Shown in pieces: positions 18,429 to 27,310 of a stretch of 41,094 nucleotides of DNA. Numbering within the stretch: the stretch's first letter is position 1; every line of letters starts with the position of its first letter. A program made the translations under genes and the position numbers. The DNA comes from Bacilli bacterium (GTDB taxonomy: Bacteria; Bacillota_I; Bacilli_A; ML615J-28; CAG-698): positions 1 through 41,094 of the forward strand of contig JAQUYR010000003.1 in the NCBI GenBank assembly GCA_028691715.1. The letters run 5' to 3'. Under the pieces are notes generated by a model. That model made no database searches, had not been told where the DNA came from, and worked only from the letters and a program-made list of their open reading frames with translations.

Positions 18429-19013
18429 ATGTTTTTAACAGTTGGTGGAACTATTGCGATTATTGCAGTAGTGTTGGTAGTTGTAGTATTAGTAGCTTAT
18501 ATCATTAGTGCTTACAACACCTTAGTACAATTAAGGAATAAAGTTAAAAATCAATGGCATCAAATTGATGTTCAATTAAAGAGAAGGTTTGATATGATTC
18601 CTAATCTTGTTGAAACAGTTAAGGGTTATGCTAAGCACGAGGAATCAATCTTCGGAGAATTTGCGAAGGCAAGAGGATTATATGCTCAAGCTTCTCAAAG
18701 TGGAAATGTTGCTGAAATGGCAGAGGCTAATAAGGGATTAGGTGGCGCTTTAAGTAGATTATTAGTTGTTCAGGAGAGATATCCTGAATTACAAGCCAAT
18801 ACTAATTTTCAACAGATGATGAAGGATTTAAAAGAAACAGAGGATAAAATTGCTTATCAAAGACAATTCTATAACGATGTTGTTCAGATCAATAACAACA
18901 AAATTGAAATGTTCCCAAGCAATATAATTGCAAAAATGTTTAATTTTAAAGCAGCTGAATTCTTTACACTAACAGAAGAAGCTCAAAGAGAAGCTCCAAA
19001 AGTAGCTTTCTAA
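18429..19013 (+). CDS. lemA: LemA family protein
   Basis: GGAGG SD. N-terminal TM helix, then LVQLRNKVKNQWHQIDVQLKRRFDMIPNLVETVKGYAKHE, the LemA signature. Confidence 0.9.
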   Translation: MFLTVGGTIAIIAVVLVVVVLVAYIISAYNTLVQLRNKVKNQWHQIDVQLKRRFDMIPNLVETVKGYAKHEESIFGEFAKARGLYAQASQSGNVAEMAEANKGLGGALSRLLVVQERYPELQANTNFQQMMKDLKETEDKIAYQRQFYNDVVQINNNKIEMFPSNIIAKMFNFKAAEFFTLTEEAQREAPKVAF

Positions 19014-19020
19014 AAAAAGT

Positions 19021-19050
19021 AGCATGTGAAAATCACATGCTTTTAATATT
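19021..19050 (+). terminator. Rho-independent terminator
   Basis: AGCATGTG-AAAAT-CACATGCT, followed by TTTAATATTT. Confidence 0.7.
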
Positions 19051-19172
19051 TAAACTAGATATTTATAGCATTGATTTAGCGCATTTTACTTGTGAGAACT
19101 TTTTCATAAGAAAAGTATAGCGACTATTGTTATAAAATGGTATAATCATCTCATGTTGAAAGGATTAAAGAT

Positions 19173-19748
19173 ATGAATTTATTAGAAGAAAGAATAAAAA
19201 AAGACGGAAAAGTGATAAACAACGAGATATTAAAAGTTGATAGTTTCCTAAATCATCAAATTGATGTTGAATTACTAAATAAAGTTTGCAAAGAACTAGC
19301 TAGTAAATTTAATGGTGTTGATAAAATAATAACAGTGGAAACAAGTGGTATTGCTTATGCTGTTGGTATTTCTCAACATTTAGGTAATGTTCCAGTAGTC
19401 TTTGCAAAGAAATCAAAATCACTCATTACTGATGAGAAAAACCTTTATGTAAAAGAGGTGAAATCTTTTACTAGAAAGACTTCTAGTCAAATATATATCG
19501 ATAAGTCCTATATCAAAGAGAATGAAAGATGCTTAATTGTTGATGATTTTTTAGCGGAGGGAAATGCCACTATGGGACTAGTCGCTATTTGTGAAAATGC
19601 TAAAGCAGTTATAACTGGTGTAGCAATTGTTATTGAAAAGAAATTTCAAGGTGGACGTAAGAGAATATTAGAAAAAGGAATTCACTTGGAATCGATGGCT
19701 GTCATTGAAAAATTCGTGAATAATGAGGTTATATTTGCTGAAAAGTAA
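19173..19748 (+). CDS. xpt: Xanthine phosphoribosyltransferase
   Basis: LLEERIKKDGKVINNEILKVDSFLNHQID is the Xpt N-terminal signature, and the PRPP motif is CLIVDDFLAEGNA. 191 aa. Confidence 0.92.
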   Translation: MNLLEERIKKDGKVINNEILKVDSFLNHQIDVELLNKVCKELASKFNGVDKIITVETSGIAYAVGISQHLGNVPVVFAKKSKSLITDEKNLYVKEVKSFTRKTSSQIYIDKSYIKENERCLIVDDFLAEGNATMGLVAICENAKAVITGVAIVIEKKFQGGRKRILEKGIHLESMAVIEKFVNNEVIFAEK

Positions 19749-19797
19749 ATATAATCTTTTTTTATAAAAAATACAAACGCTTTTATTCAAAAATGTC

Positions 19798-19826
19798 TTG
19801 AGATTTTTATCTGATTCTTTTATAAT
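19798..19826 (+). promoter_or_regulatory. Sigma-A promoter driving the riboswitch and nucleoside ABC operon
   Basis: TTGAGA, exactly 17 nt spacer, TATAAT. Confidence 0.6.
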
Positions 19827-19852
19827 ATAGACATCAGGTAATTCATCCTGAT

Positions 19853-19917
19853 ATTCGTATAATTGCCTAATTGGAGGAAAGTCTCTACGCTGAACCGTAT
19901 AATTCAGCACTACGAAT
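19853..19917 (+). promoter_or_regulatory. Purine riboswitch aptamer, guanine class (C at the specificity position)
   Basis: - P1: ATTCGTA / TACGAAT.
- J1/2: TAA.
- P2: TTGCCT / AGGAAA (one G-A mismatch), with L2 AATTGG.
- J2/3: GTCTCTAC, against the consensus GUUUCUAC.
- P3: GCTGAA / TTCAGC, with L3 CCGTATAA.
- J3/1: AC, then P1. The C corresponds to C74 of guanine-sensing members. Confidence 0.8.
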
Positions 19918-19938
19918 TAAAGATATTCTTTTAATGAT

Positions 19939-19968
19939 CTTTGATAATATCAAGGCTTTTCTTTTTTT
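19939..19968 (+). terminator. Candidate riboswitch expression-platform terminator
   Basis: CTTTGAT-AAT-ATCAAGG (7 bp, AT-rich, one wobble), followed by CTTTTCTTTTTTT. A competing hairpin, AAAGAT(19919-19924)/ATCTTT(19937-19942), overlaps its 5' arm. Confidence 0.5.
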
Positions 19969-20003
19969 ATTGGTCTATTGCGAGATAAAAAAAGGAGAAA
20001 AAA

Positions 20004-21260
20004 ATGAAAAAAAGTTTATTAATTGTTTTGACCGTATTTGCTATGGTTTTTTGTCTAACAGCCACTGGTTGTACTAAAGATGATGACACATTAAAGATTG
20101 GCATTATTTTAGTAGGCGATGAAACAGAAGGTTATTCTAAGGCCCATATGGATGGAATTAGCGAAGCTATTACTGCTAATGGACTTGAAGAAAACCAAGT
20201 AATTTACAAAAAGAGAGTTGCAGAGGACAGCACTTGTGCTGATGCTGCGGAGGATTTAATTTCTGCTGGATGTACATTAATTATTTCTAACAGCTATAGT
20301 CATCAAGATTATATCTATTCTGTTGCTAAGAAATATCCTAACGTTACATTTGTTGCCGCAACTGGTGATTATGCAGCTATTTCTGGATTATCTAATTTTA
20401 AAAATGCGTTTACAAATGTTTACGAATCACGTTATGTAAGTGGTATCGTTGCTGGTATGAAAATAGCAGAACTAGATGCTGCTGGTAAAATTACTTCTGC
20501 TAATTTAGATGCTGATGGAAAAGTTAAAGTTGGTTATGTTGGTGCTTTCACTTATGCTGAAGTTATTTCAGGATACACTGCTTTCTTCTTAGGTATCCAA
20601 TCTGTATATGCTAATGTTTCTATGGAAGTACAATTTACTGATAGCTGGTTCAATATTGATAAAGAGGCTGCTGCCGCTGAAGTTTTAGTTAATGATGGTT
20701 GTGTTATTATTGGCCAACATGCTGATTCTACTGGTGCTCCAAGTAAAGTTCAACAATTACTTAGCAACGGTAAAGTATGTTATTCAATTGGTTATAATGT
20801 TGATATGTTAGGTGTTGCTAATGAAGCAGCATTGACTAGTGCAACAAATGTTTGGGGTAAGTATTACACTTATGCTTTCAAACAAGCTATTGCTGGAGAA
20901 GAAATCGATACTGACTGGGCTAAAGGATATGCTGATGGCGCTGTTGCTATTACTACATTAGGTAGTTCTTGTGCTGCTGGTACAGCTGCAAAGGTTAGCG
21001 AAGCTGAAGATGCATTCAAAGCTGGTACATTACATGTATTTGATGTCTCTAAATTCACAGTTGGTGGAGAAAAAATTACTTCTCATGATTTTGATTTCTC
21101 ATATAGAGATTGGAGTAATGGTGGTAAAGTTGTTTTCCAAGGAGAAACAAAGAACGTGATTAAGACAAGTGGTTCTGTAAGTTATTTTGAAGAATCAACT
21201 TTGAGATCTGCCCCATATTTTGATTTAAAAATTGATGGTATCATTTGGTTAAATAAATAG
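20004..21260 (+). CDS. BMP-family (PnrA/NupN/Med-like) nucleoside ABC-transporter substrate-binding lipoprotein
   Basis: AGGAG SD. Lipobox LTATGC. BMP-family blocks are present: KIGIILVGDETEGYSKAH, GYVGAF and IIGQHADSTG. 418 aa. Confidence 0.9.
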   Translation: MKKSLLIVLTVFAMVFCLTATGCTKDDDTLKIGIILVGDETEGYSKAHMDGISEAITANGLEENQVIYKKRVAEDSTCADAAEDLISAGCTLIISNSYSHQDYIYSVAKKYPNVTFVAATGDYAAISGLSNFKNAFTNVYESRYVSGIVAGMKIAELDAAGKITSANLDADGKVKVGYVGAFTYAEVISGYTAFFLGIQSVYANVSMEVQFTDSWFNIDKEAAAAEVLVNDGCVIIGQHADSTGAPSKVQQLLSNGKVCYSIGYNVDMLGVANEAALTSATNVWGKYYTYAFKQAIAGEEIDTDWAKGYADGAVAITTLGSSCAAGTAAKVSEAEDAFKAGTLHVFDVSKFTVGGEKITSHDFDFSYRDWSNGGKVVFQGETKNVIKTSGSVSYFEESTLRSAPYFDLKIDGIIWLNK

Positions 21261-21270
21261 TAAGATAATA

Positions 21271-21312
21271 TATAGGGGACCAGACTCGTAATGGGTCCCC
21301 TATATCTATTTA
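21271..21312 (+). terminator. Intra-operon hairpin (attenuator or partial terminator) between the binding-protein and ATPase genes
   Basis: 11-bp GC-containing stem TATAGGGGACC / GGTCCCCTATA with a 12-nt loop, followed by TCTATTTAAT. Confidence 0.55.
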
Positions 21313-21329
21313 ATATGAGGAAAAAATGA

Positions 21330-22868
21330 ATGCAAAAAGCAATTGAATTGACTAATATAACGAAGACTTTTGGCGATGTCATCGCCAATAAAGATATAAA
21401 TTTAACAATAAAAAAGGGAGAAATACTTGCCCTTTTAGGTGAAAATGGTAGTGGGAAAACTACCCTACTAAATATTTTGTCAGGTATATATTATCCAGAT
21501 AATGGGAAAATATTTATCGATGGAAAAGAGGTTAAAATCAATTCCCCTAAAGATGCTTTTAATATGGGAATTGGAATGGTCCATCAGCATTTTAAATTGA
21601 TAGATGTTTTTAGTGCTTGTGAGAATATCATCTTAGGATTAAATGATGGTTTTCTTTGCAATATGAAAAAACACAAGAAAAATATCGATGCTCTTGCGAA
21701 AAAATATGGTTTTATCATTGATTTGGATAAGAAAGTTTTTGATATGTCCATTTCGGAGAAACAAACTATAGAAATTGTGAAACAATTATATCGGGGAACT
21801 GACTTTCTAATTTTAGATGAACCAACAGCTGTTTTAACCCCTCAAGAAATCATACAATTATTCAAAGTTTTAAAAGTTATGAAAAATGATGGTAAATCAA
21901 TCATTATTATTACCCATAAATTACAAGAAGTACTATCAATTTCTGATCGCGTTTCTGTTTTGAGAAAAGGCGAATTAGTAGGAACAGTAGATACAAAAGA
22001 TGCTACAAAAGAAAGCCTAACAGAAATGATGGTTGGAGAAAAAGTTATCCTGAATATTGAGAGATCGACCCCAACAAATGTTACAAAAAGACTTGAAATA
22101 TCCCATCTTAATTGTATTCACCGAACTGGTGTTCATGCCTTAAAGGATGTTTCCTTTGATCTCAATGCTGGAGAAATCTTAGGTGTCGCAGGTATTGCTG
22201 GTAGTGGTCAGAGGGAATTACTCGAAGCCATTGCTGGAGTTCAACACTGCAAAGCAGGATCATCAATTATTTATTATGATCCAATCAGTGGTAAAGAAGA
22301 ACAGTTAATTGGGAAGAATCCAAAGGAAATAAAAAAACTAGGAATTTCCTTCTCTTTTGTTCCTGAGGATCGTCTTGGCATGGGATTAATCGGTAATATG
22401 GATATTATTGATAATATGATGTTGAGAAGTTATGAAAATGGCAAAACACCTTTTTTAGAATACAAGGAGCCAACGATTTTAGCAAAGGATGTCAAGGATA
22501 AATTAGAAGTTATTACTCCTTCAATCCATACCAAAATAAGAAAATTATCTGGTGGTAATGTCCAAAAAGTTTTAGTAGGTAGAGAAATAGCTAGTTTTCC
22601 TAAAGTCCTAATGACGGCTTATGCTGTTCGGGGACTGGACATTAATACATCATATACTATATATAATATAATGAATGACGAAAAGAAGTCAGGAACTGCT
22701 GTTTTGTATGTTGGTGAGGATTTAGACGTGTTACTAGCTCTATGTGATCGGATAATGGTCATTTGCAATGGCCGAATAACAGGAATTGTTGATGCTAGAA
22801 CTAGCGATAAACAAACAATTGGCCATTTGATGACCAATAATGAAATAAGTGGTGAAGAAAATGAATAA
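21330..22868 (+). CDS. ABC transporter ATP-binding protein, duplicated ATPase (sugar/nucleoside CUT2 type)
   Basis: First half: Walker A GENGSGKTT, signature-like SISEKQ and Walker B FLILDEPT. The second half has GIAGSGQRE and LSGGNVQK. 512 aa. Confidence 0.92.
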   Translation: MQKAIELTNITKTFGDVIANKDINLTIKKGEILALLGENGSGKTTLLNILSGIYYPDNGKIFIDGKEVKINSPKDAFNMGIGMVHQHFKLIDVFSACENIILGLNDGFLCNMKKHKKNIDALAKKYGFIIDLDKKVFDMSISEKQTIEIVKQLYRGTDFLILDEPTAVLTPQEIIQLFKVLKVMKNDGKSIIIITHKLQEVLSISDRVSVLRKGELVGTVDTKDATKESLTEMMVGEKVILNIERSTPTNVTKRLEISHLNCIHRTGVHALKDVSFDLNAGEILGVAGIAGSGQRELLEAIAGVQHCKAGSSIIYYDPISGKEEQLIGKNPKEIKKLGISFSFVPEDRLGMGLIGNMDIIDNMMLRSYENGKTPFLEYKEPTILAKDVKDKLEVITPSIHTKIRKLSGGNVQKVLVGREIASFPKVLMTAYAVRGLDINTSYTIYNIMNDEKKSGTAVLYVGEDLDVLLALCDRIMVICNGRITGIVDARTSDKQTIGHLMTNNEISGEENE

Positions 22869-24006
22869 AATTAAAAAAGAGCCATTTATTCGTATTACGA
22901 AAAACAATAACGTTTCGCTTAATAAACGAATTTTAATAAGAGTTATTGCTATAGGAATTGCCCTAATTATTTCAACTATTTTTATTGTTGTTGTTTCCGG
23001 GAAGAATCCTTTCCCAGCATTTGGTTATTTATTCTCTGGTTCATTTGGGAACACAAATAAATTCTTTGGTTTTTTAAAGGAAGTTATTCTCTTGCTTGGA
23101 ATTTCAATAGCACTAGTACCAGCCTATAAAATGAAGTTTTGGAATGTTGGAGCTCAAGGACAAATCTTAATGGGTGCCTTGATGAGTGCTATCGTCATGA
23201 TTTATTGTTCTTCCCTACCAAATTGGTTGTTGTTAATAATGATTTTCTTAGCATCATTAGTTGGAGGAGCACTTTGGGGATTCCTTCCTGGTTTCTTTAA
23301 GGCTAAATTTCATACAAATGAAACTCTATTCACTCTGATGATGAATTATATCGCAATTCAATTGGTGAGTTTTGCAACCGAAAACTGGAGAGGGCCAAAA
23401 GCCTCAATAGGTATAATAAATGTTGTAAATGGAGAGGGTTGGCTACCAACAATTGGATCTAGTATAGGAAAAGATATTTTTATTCCTCTGCTAGTCATTG
23501 GATTACTAGTAGTAGTTATGTATTTTTATATGAAAAAGACAAAGCAGGGGTATGAAATAACTGTTATCGGTGAAAGCAGAAATACTGCTAAGTATGTTGG
23601 AATAAAATATAAATGGGTTATTGTCCGTACTTTGATAATTTCTGGTGCTTTATGTGGTTTGATTGGCTTCTTTTATGTAGCTGGTTTTGACCATACAATA
23701 TCCGCTGCAACATCTGGTTCCTATGGCTTTACAGCAATCATTGTTGCTTGGTTGGGTAATTTTAATCCAATATTAATGATTGTCTATGCTATCTTGATAG
23801 TCTTTTTAAATAAAGGAGCGATAAATTTAAAAAATGTCGCTTATTCACCAAATTTGAATGAATACTCATGTGAGTTTATCGTATTGGTAATAATTATTGC
23901 CATTATGTTATCAAAATTCTTCATCGAGTATCGCTTGGTTTTTAATTTTCCTAAGAAACATAAATTAAAGACTGATGAAGAAATAACTTCTAAGGAGGTT
24001 AAATAA
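22861..24006 (+). CDS. ABC transporter permease (nucleoside/sugar, NupP-like)
   Basis: ATG at 22861 overlaps the ATPase stop; the track's GTG at 22849 is less likely. The protein is polytopic, with about 9-10 hydrophobic helices. Confidence 0.85.
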   Translation: MNKIKKEPFIRITKNNNVSLNKRILIRVIAIGIALIISTIFIVVVSGKNPFPAFGYLFSGSFGNTNKFFGFLKEVILLLGISIALVPAYKMKFWNVGAQGQILMGALMSAIVMIYCSSLPNWLLLIMIFLASLVGGALWGFLPGFFKAKFHTNETLFTLMMNYIAIQLVSFATENWRGPKASIGIINVVNGEGWLPTIGSSIGKDIFIPLLVIGLLVVVMYFYMKKTKQGYEITVIGESRNTAKYVGIKYKWVIVRTLIISGALCGLIGFFYVAGFDHTISAATSGSYGFTAIIVAWLGNFNPILMIVYAILIVFLNKGAINLKNVAYSPNLNEYSCEFIVLVIIIAIMLSKFFIEYRLVFNFPKKHKLKTDEEITSKEVK

Positions 24007-24007
24007 T

Positions 24008-24991
24008 ATGGATAATATTATTTCTTGGATTTGTTTATCTGGTGTTTTCTCAACAATTTGTATTTTTGCATCTTGTGGGGAAATATTAACTGAAAAATCA
24101 GGGCATCTAAATTTAGGTGTTCCAGGTATTATGTATTTGAGTGGATTCGTCAGTTATTTTGCGGTCTATAGTTATGAAAAATCATGCGAAGATCCTAACA
24201 AATTTTTAATAATAGTAATCGCTATTTCAGTGGCTTTGGTAGTTGGAGCCTTGCTTGGTGGACTATACAGTATTATGTGTGTAACATTCAAATGTAATCA
24301 GAATGTTACGGGACTTGTCATTACAAGTTTTGGTATTGGATTTGGAAAATTTTTATCTTCAATGGCAGGCCTAACAGATACAAAAGCTATAATAAGTGGA
24401 GGAGTTTTTATCGAAGGTATTCCCCTATTGAAAGATATTCCTTTTTTGGGAAAACTATTCTTTAATTTTGGTTTAATGACCTATATCGGCATTATTGTTG
24501 CTGTTCTAGTCTACTTGTTTCTAAAGAAAACAAGATGTGGGCTAAATTTAAAAGCTGTTGGTGAATCAGCTGCAGTTGCTGATGCGGCAGGAATAAATGT
24601 CAATAGATACAAGTACTTAGCAACAATTATTGGTTGTAGTTTCTGTGGTTTAGCTGGTATGGTATATGTTCTTCAATATGGTGGTGGCCTGTGGTCAACA
24701 AACAATAATATTGAAGCCATTGGCTGGTTAGCTATAGCTTTAGTTATTTTTGCTTCATGGAAAACAATAAGACTTCTATGGGCAGCATTATTATTCGGAT
24801 TATTGTTCTGGGCTTATAATTTCTTGCCTGTTATCTTACCGATAGCATCATTTTCTGGTTCTTCAGAAATAATCAAGATGTTGCCTTATGTTGTTACAAT
24901 TATTGTTTTGATCGCTAATAGCGTAAAGAAGAGTAAACTAAATCAACCGCCTTCGTCGCTTGGTATACCATATTACCGCGAAGAAAGATAA
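24008..24991 (+). CDS. ABC transporter permease (NupQ-like)
   Basis: Starts 1 nt after the previous stop. Polytopic membrane protein, paralogous in layout to the preceding permease. Confidence 0.85.
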   Translation: MDNIISWICLSGVFSTICIFASCGEILTEKSGHLNLGVPGIMYLSGFVSYFAVYSYEKSCEDPNKFLIIVIAISVALVVGALLGGLYSIMCVTFKCNQNVTGLVITSFGIGFGKFLSSMAGLTDTKAIISGGVFIEGIPLLKDIPFLGKLFFNFGLMTYIGIIVAVLVYLFLKKTRCGLNLKAVGESAAVADAAGINVNRYKYLATIIGCSFCGLAGMVYVLQYGGGLWSTNNNIEAIGWLAIALVIFASWKTIRLLWAALLFGLLFWAYNFLPVILPIASFSGSSEIIKMLPYVVTIIVLIANSVKKSKLNQPPSSLGIPYYREER

Positions 24992-25018
24992 TTTTTTTGT
25001 TATAAAAAAGTAGTAATT

Positions 25019-25048
25019 AGTAAGAGAGATATCTCTTACTTTTTCTAT
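25019..25048 (+). terminator. Rho-independent terminator of the ABC operon
   Basis: AGTAAGAGAG-AT-ATCTCTTACT, followed by TTTTCTATT. Confidence 0.7.
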
Positions 25049-25067
25049 TGGGGAATATTATATAAAA

Positions 25068-25100
25068 AACGCAACAAAAAAAGCCTCTATAATAGAGGCT
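25068..25100 (-). terminator. Terminator of rpmE
   Basis: AGCCTCTATAATAGAGGCT hairpin. On the - strand it is followed by TTTTTTTGTTGCGTTTTTT. Confidence 0.7.
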
Positions 25101-25107
25101 AGATTTT

Positions 25108-25317
25108 TTATTTTTCCTTTTTTTCTAAACGCTTGTTGAACTTTTCAACACGACCTGCAGCTTGAACAAATTTTTGTTGTCCAGTGTAGAAAGGATGACA
25201 TTTAGCACAAGTATCAACACGCATTTCTTTTAATACTGATCCAGTTTCAAATGTATTACCACAAGTAGTACAAACAACAGTAATTTTGTTGTATTTTGGG
25301 TGAATTCCTTTTTTCAT
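25108..25317 (-). CDS. rpmE: 50S ribosomal protein L31, type A (zinc-ribbon form)
   Basis: The start is the ATG after GGAAGGAG (MKKGIHPKY...); the 93-aa track ORF is an upstream in-frame extension. 69 aa. CTTC...[10 protein letters not shown] carries both Cys pairs. Confidence 0.93.
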   Translation of the reverse strand: MKKGIHPKYNKITVVCTTCGNTFETGSVLKEMRVDTCAKCHPFYTGQQKFVQAAGRVEKFNKRLEKKEK

Positions 25318-25371
25318 AGTTTTCGCTCCTTCCGCCATAGTTTCTATCAACCATAGTAAGTTTCTTGATAT

Positions 25372-25400
25372 ATTATACAATAAATTCATAAGAAAGTCAA
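25372..25400 (-). promoter_or_regulatory. Sigma-A promoter for rpmE
   Basis: On the - strand: TTGACT, 17 nt spacer, TATAAT. Confidence 0.55.
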
Positions 25401-25429
25401 GAAATAAAAAAGTATTTCAACACTGGTTC

Positions 25430-25885
25430 TCACTTATAAACCACTTTAAAATTTTCAAAGACGACTTCCATATCATCGGAAAAGGAAAAACTATTTTTTT
25501 CTCCTTCCTTTGTGAAGAATTTCCTGTGATTATTCTGCCAAGATTCAAGGCATTCATCCTCCCCCTCTTGCGAACATATTTCATATGTCATTTCTTTGAA
25601 GGGAATAATTATAACTTTTGTTGTCATGATAACGCATTTAGGAACATCGTTTTCATCGAGAACGATACTGTAATCTCCTGGTTTAGGAAGAGGGGTGTTT
25701 GTCATTTCATAAAGAGGCTTTGCCGAGGCGGTAGCTCTCTTTTTACCATCGATGACGAGATCAAGTAATTCTTTTGCCTGAATTTTATTAGATCCAAAAG
25801 AAAAAGCCTCATAATATAAGGTAGATTTTTTTAAATTGTTTTTCGTAAGAAAACTATACCAATAATTATTAATTATCTCATTCAT
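25430..25885 (-). CDS. ASCH domain-containing protein
   Basis: ATG at 25885; the alternative is a GTG at 25894. Typical Firmicute ASCH pattern: YEAFSFG...AKELLDLVIDGKKRATAS...PKPGDYSIVLDENDVPKCVIMTTKV...F. Confidence 0.78.
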   Translation of the reverse strand: MNEIINNYWYSFLTKNNLKKSTLYYEAFSFGSNKIQAKELLDLVIDGKKRATASAKPLYEMTNTPLPKPGDYSIVLDENDVPKCVIMTTKVIIIPFKEMTYEICSQEGEDECLESWQNNHRKFFTKEGEKNSFSFSDDMEVVFENFKVVYK

Positions 25886-26047
25886 GAGGTTCACCCTAGT
25901 TTTATTATATACATATTTTAAATTATTGTAAAGACAAATAGATTAAAAAGAATGACGATTTCCCAGGACAAAATTTTGAAAAAGGCTTTATATAATTGAG
26001 ATAATATTGTATAATATATATGTAAAAAAATGCAAAGGAGAACTACA

Positions 26048-26638
26048 ATGGATTTGCAATTAAAAGATGGCTGGATTGAAGTTATCGCTGGTAGCATGTA
26101 TGCTGGTAAAACAGAAGAGTTGTTGAGAAGAGTTAGAAGAATAGAATATGCCAAGAAAAATGTCATAGTATTCAAGCCTAAAATTGACAATCGCTATAGT
26201 GATTGTGAAGTTGTATCACACAATAATGGAAGAACAAAATCGGTTAATGTTTCTAAAGCTTCTGAGATTGCTCAGTATTTAAGCCAACCGCTTCCTTATG
26301 CCATAGCCATTGATGAGGTTCAATTCTTAGATGATGGGGTTATTGATGTCTGTGAAAGATTTGCTAACAAGGGTGTCAGAGTTATTGTTGCTGGTCTTGA
26401 CCGTGATTTTCGAGGAGAGCCTTTTGGGGTAATGCCTAAATTACTCGCTCGTGCTGAATATGTAACAAAACTAGCAGCTATTTGTAGTGTTTGTGGAGCC
26501 CCAGCAACAAGGACACAGAGACTGATAAATGGTTCACCAGCTAACTATAATGATCCAATCATTCTAGTCGGTGCAAAAGAACAATATGAAGCTCGTTGTC
26601 GTCATTGTCATGTTGTTCCTGGTAAGAAGTATGATTAA
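26048..26638 (+). CDS. tdk: Thymidine kinase
   Basis: ATG at 26048 follows AAAGGAGA. P-loop [11 protein letters not shown], then IAIDEVQFL, and a C-terminal zinc motif CSVCG...CRHCH. Confidence 0.93.
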   Translation: MDLQLKDGWIEVIAGSMYAGKTEELLRRVRRIEYAKKNVIVFKPKIDNRYSDCEVVSHNNGRTKSVNVSKASEIAQYLSQPLPYAIAIDEVQFLDDGVIDVCERFANKGVRVIVAGLDRDFRGEPFGVMPKLLARAEYVTKLAAICSVCGAPATRTQRLINGSPANYNDPIILVGAKEQYEARCRHCHVVPGKKYD

Positions 26639-27095
26639 GAATGATGAGTATTATATAAAAATAGCGATAAAAGAAGCGCAAAAAGCTTTTATCAAGAAAG
26701 AGGTTCCTGTTGGAGCGGTTTTGGTGAAGGATAATAAGATTATTGCCCGTGCTCATAATTTAATAGAGACAAAAAATAATGCTTTGTATCATGCTGAAAT
26801 AAATGTTATTAACAAAGCTATCAAAAAACTAGGGCAAAAATTTCTTAATGATAGTATTTTGTATGTTACGCTTGAACCATGTCTGATGTGTGCTGGTGCT
26901 ATACAACTAGCAAGAATTAAAAAAGTGGTTTATAGTGCCAAAGAACCTAAATTCGGATGTTTATCCAGTCAAGGAAATGCCTATCAAACATTTAAAGGAA
27001 ATCACAATGTAGAGATAGTTGGGGGATTATTAGAAGAAGTTACATCAAAAATGATGAAAGATTTTTTTATAGTAATAAGAGATAGTAAGCTATGA
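26631..27095 (+). CDS. tadA: tRNA-specific adenosine deaminase
   Basis: The internal ATG at 26631 overlaps the tdk stop by 8 nt and gives a 154-aa protein of normal TadA length. Motifs: [23 protein letters not shown] and [11 protein letters not shown]. Confidence 0.88.
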   Translation: MIKNDEYYIKIAIKEAQKAFIKKEVPVGAVLVKDNKIIARAHNLIETKNNALYHAEINVINKAIKKLGQKFLNDSILYVTLEPCLMCAGAIQLARIKKVVYSAKEPKFGCLSSQGNAYQTFKGNHNVEIVGGLLEEVTSKMMKDFFIVIRDSKL

Positions 27096-27102
27096 TATTA
27101 CC

Positions 27103-27131
27103 TTGCAATTTATCAATACATATATTATAAT
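27103..27131 (+). promoter_or_regulatory. Sigma-A promoter for SRP RNA
   Basis: TTGCAA, 17 nt spacer, TATAAT. Confidence 0.6.
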
Positions 27132-27142
27132 AGTTAGGTAAT

Positions 27143-27255
27143 AATCTCGCTTTAAGTACCTATATTCAATATCAGGCAACGAATCAGGTCAGGTCGTGAT
27201 TGAAGCAGCCTTAAGTTCAACTTGGTATGTGAGTATAGGTACTTAAGGTGAGATT
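27143..27255 (+). ncRNA. ffs: Small (4.5S-type) signal recognition particle RNA
   Basis: A long hairpin pairs AATCTCGCTTTAAGTACCTATA with TATAGGTACTTAAGGTGAGATT. The apical part carries the conserved domain IV motif CAGGTCAGGTC...GAAGCAGCC. It lies directly downstream of tadA, as in Bacillus. Confidence 0.82.
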
Positions 27256-27266
27256 TCATAGATTTA

Positions 27267-27299
27267 GAAAACTCTTATAAATTAAGAGTTTTTATTTTG
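27267..27299 (+). terminator. Terminator of ffs
   Basis: AAAACTCTTA-TAAA-TTAAGAGTTTT, followed by TATTTT. Confidence 0.7.
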
Positions 27300-27310
27300 G
27301 AGAAGAACAT

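Noticed and set aside
19051-19172. Expected a guanine riboswitch upstream of xpt, as in Bacillus.
   Set aside because: None of the conserved J1/2, J2/3 or L3 strings is present. The -10 element lies only about 25 nt from the start codon, so there is no room for an aptamer.
19871-20077. 68-aa plus-strand ORF (MEESLYAEPYNSALRIKD...).
   Set aside because: It begins inside the purine riboswitch aptamer, runs through the terminator and overlaps the real lipoprotein start. It is explained by the RNA element.
25318-25389. In-frame N-terminal extension giving a 93-aa version of L31.
   Set aside because: The extension contains the rpmE promoter and SD (GGAAGGAG). The canonical L31 begins MKKGIHPKY.
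25918-26190. 90-aa minus-strand ORF, and the 65-aa ORF at 26559-26756.
   Set aside because: They overlap the tdk promoter and N-terminus, and the tdk/tadA junction. They are hydrophobic, low-complexity shadow ORFs.
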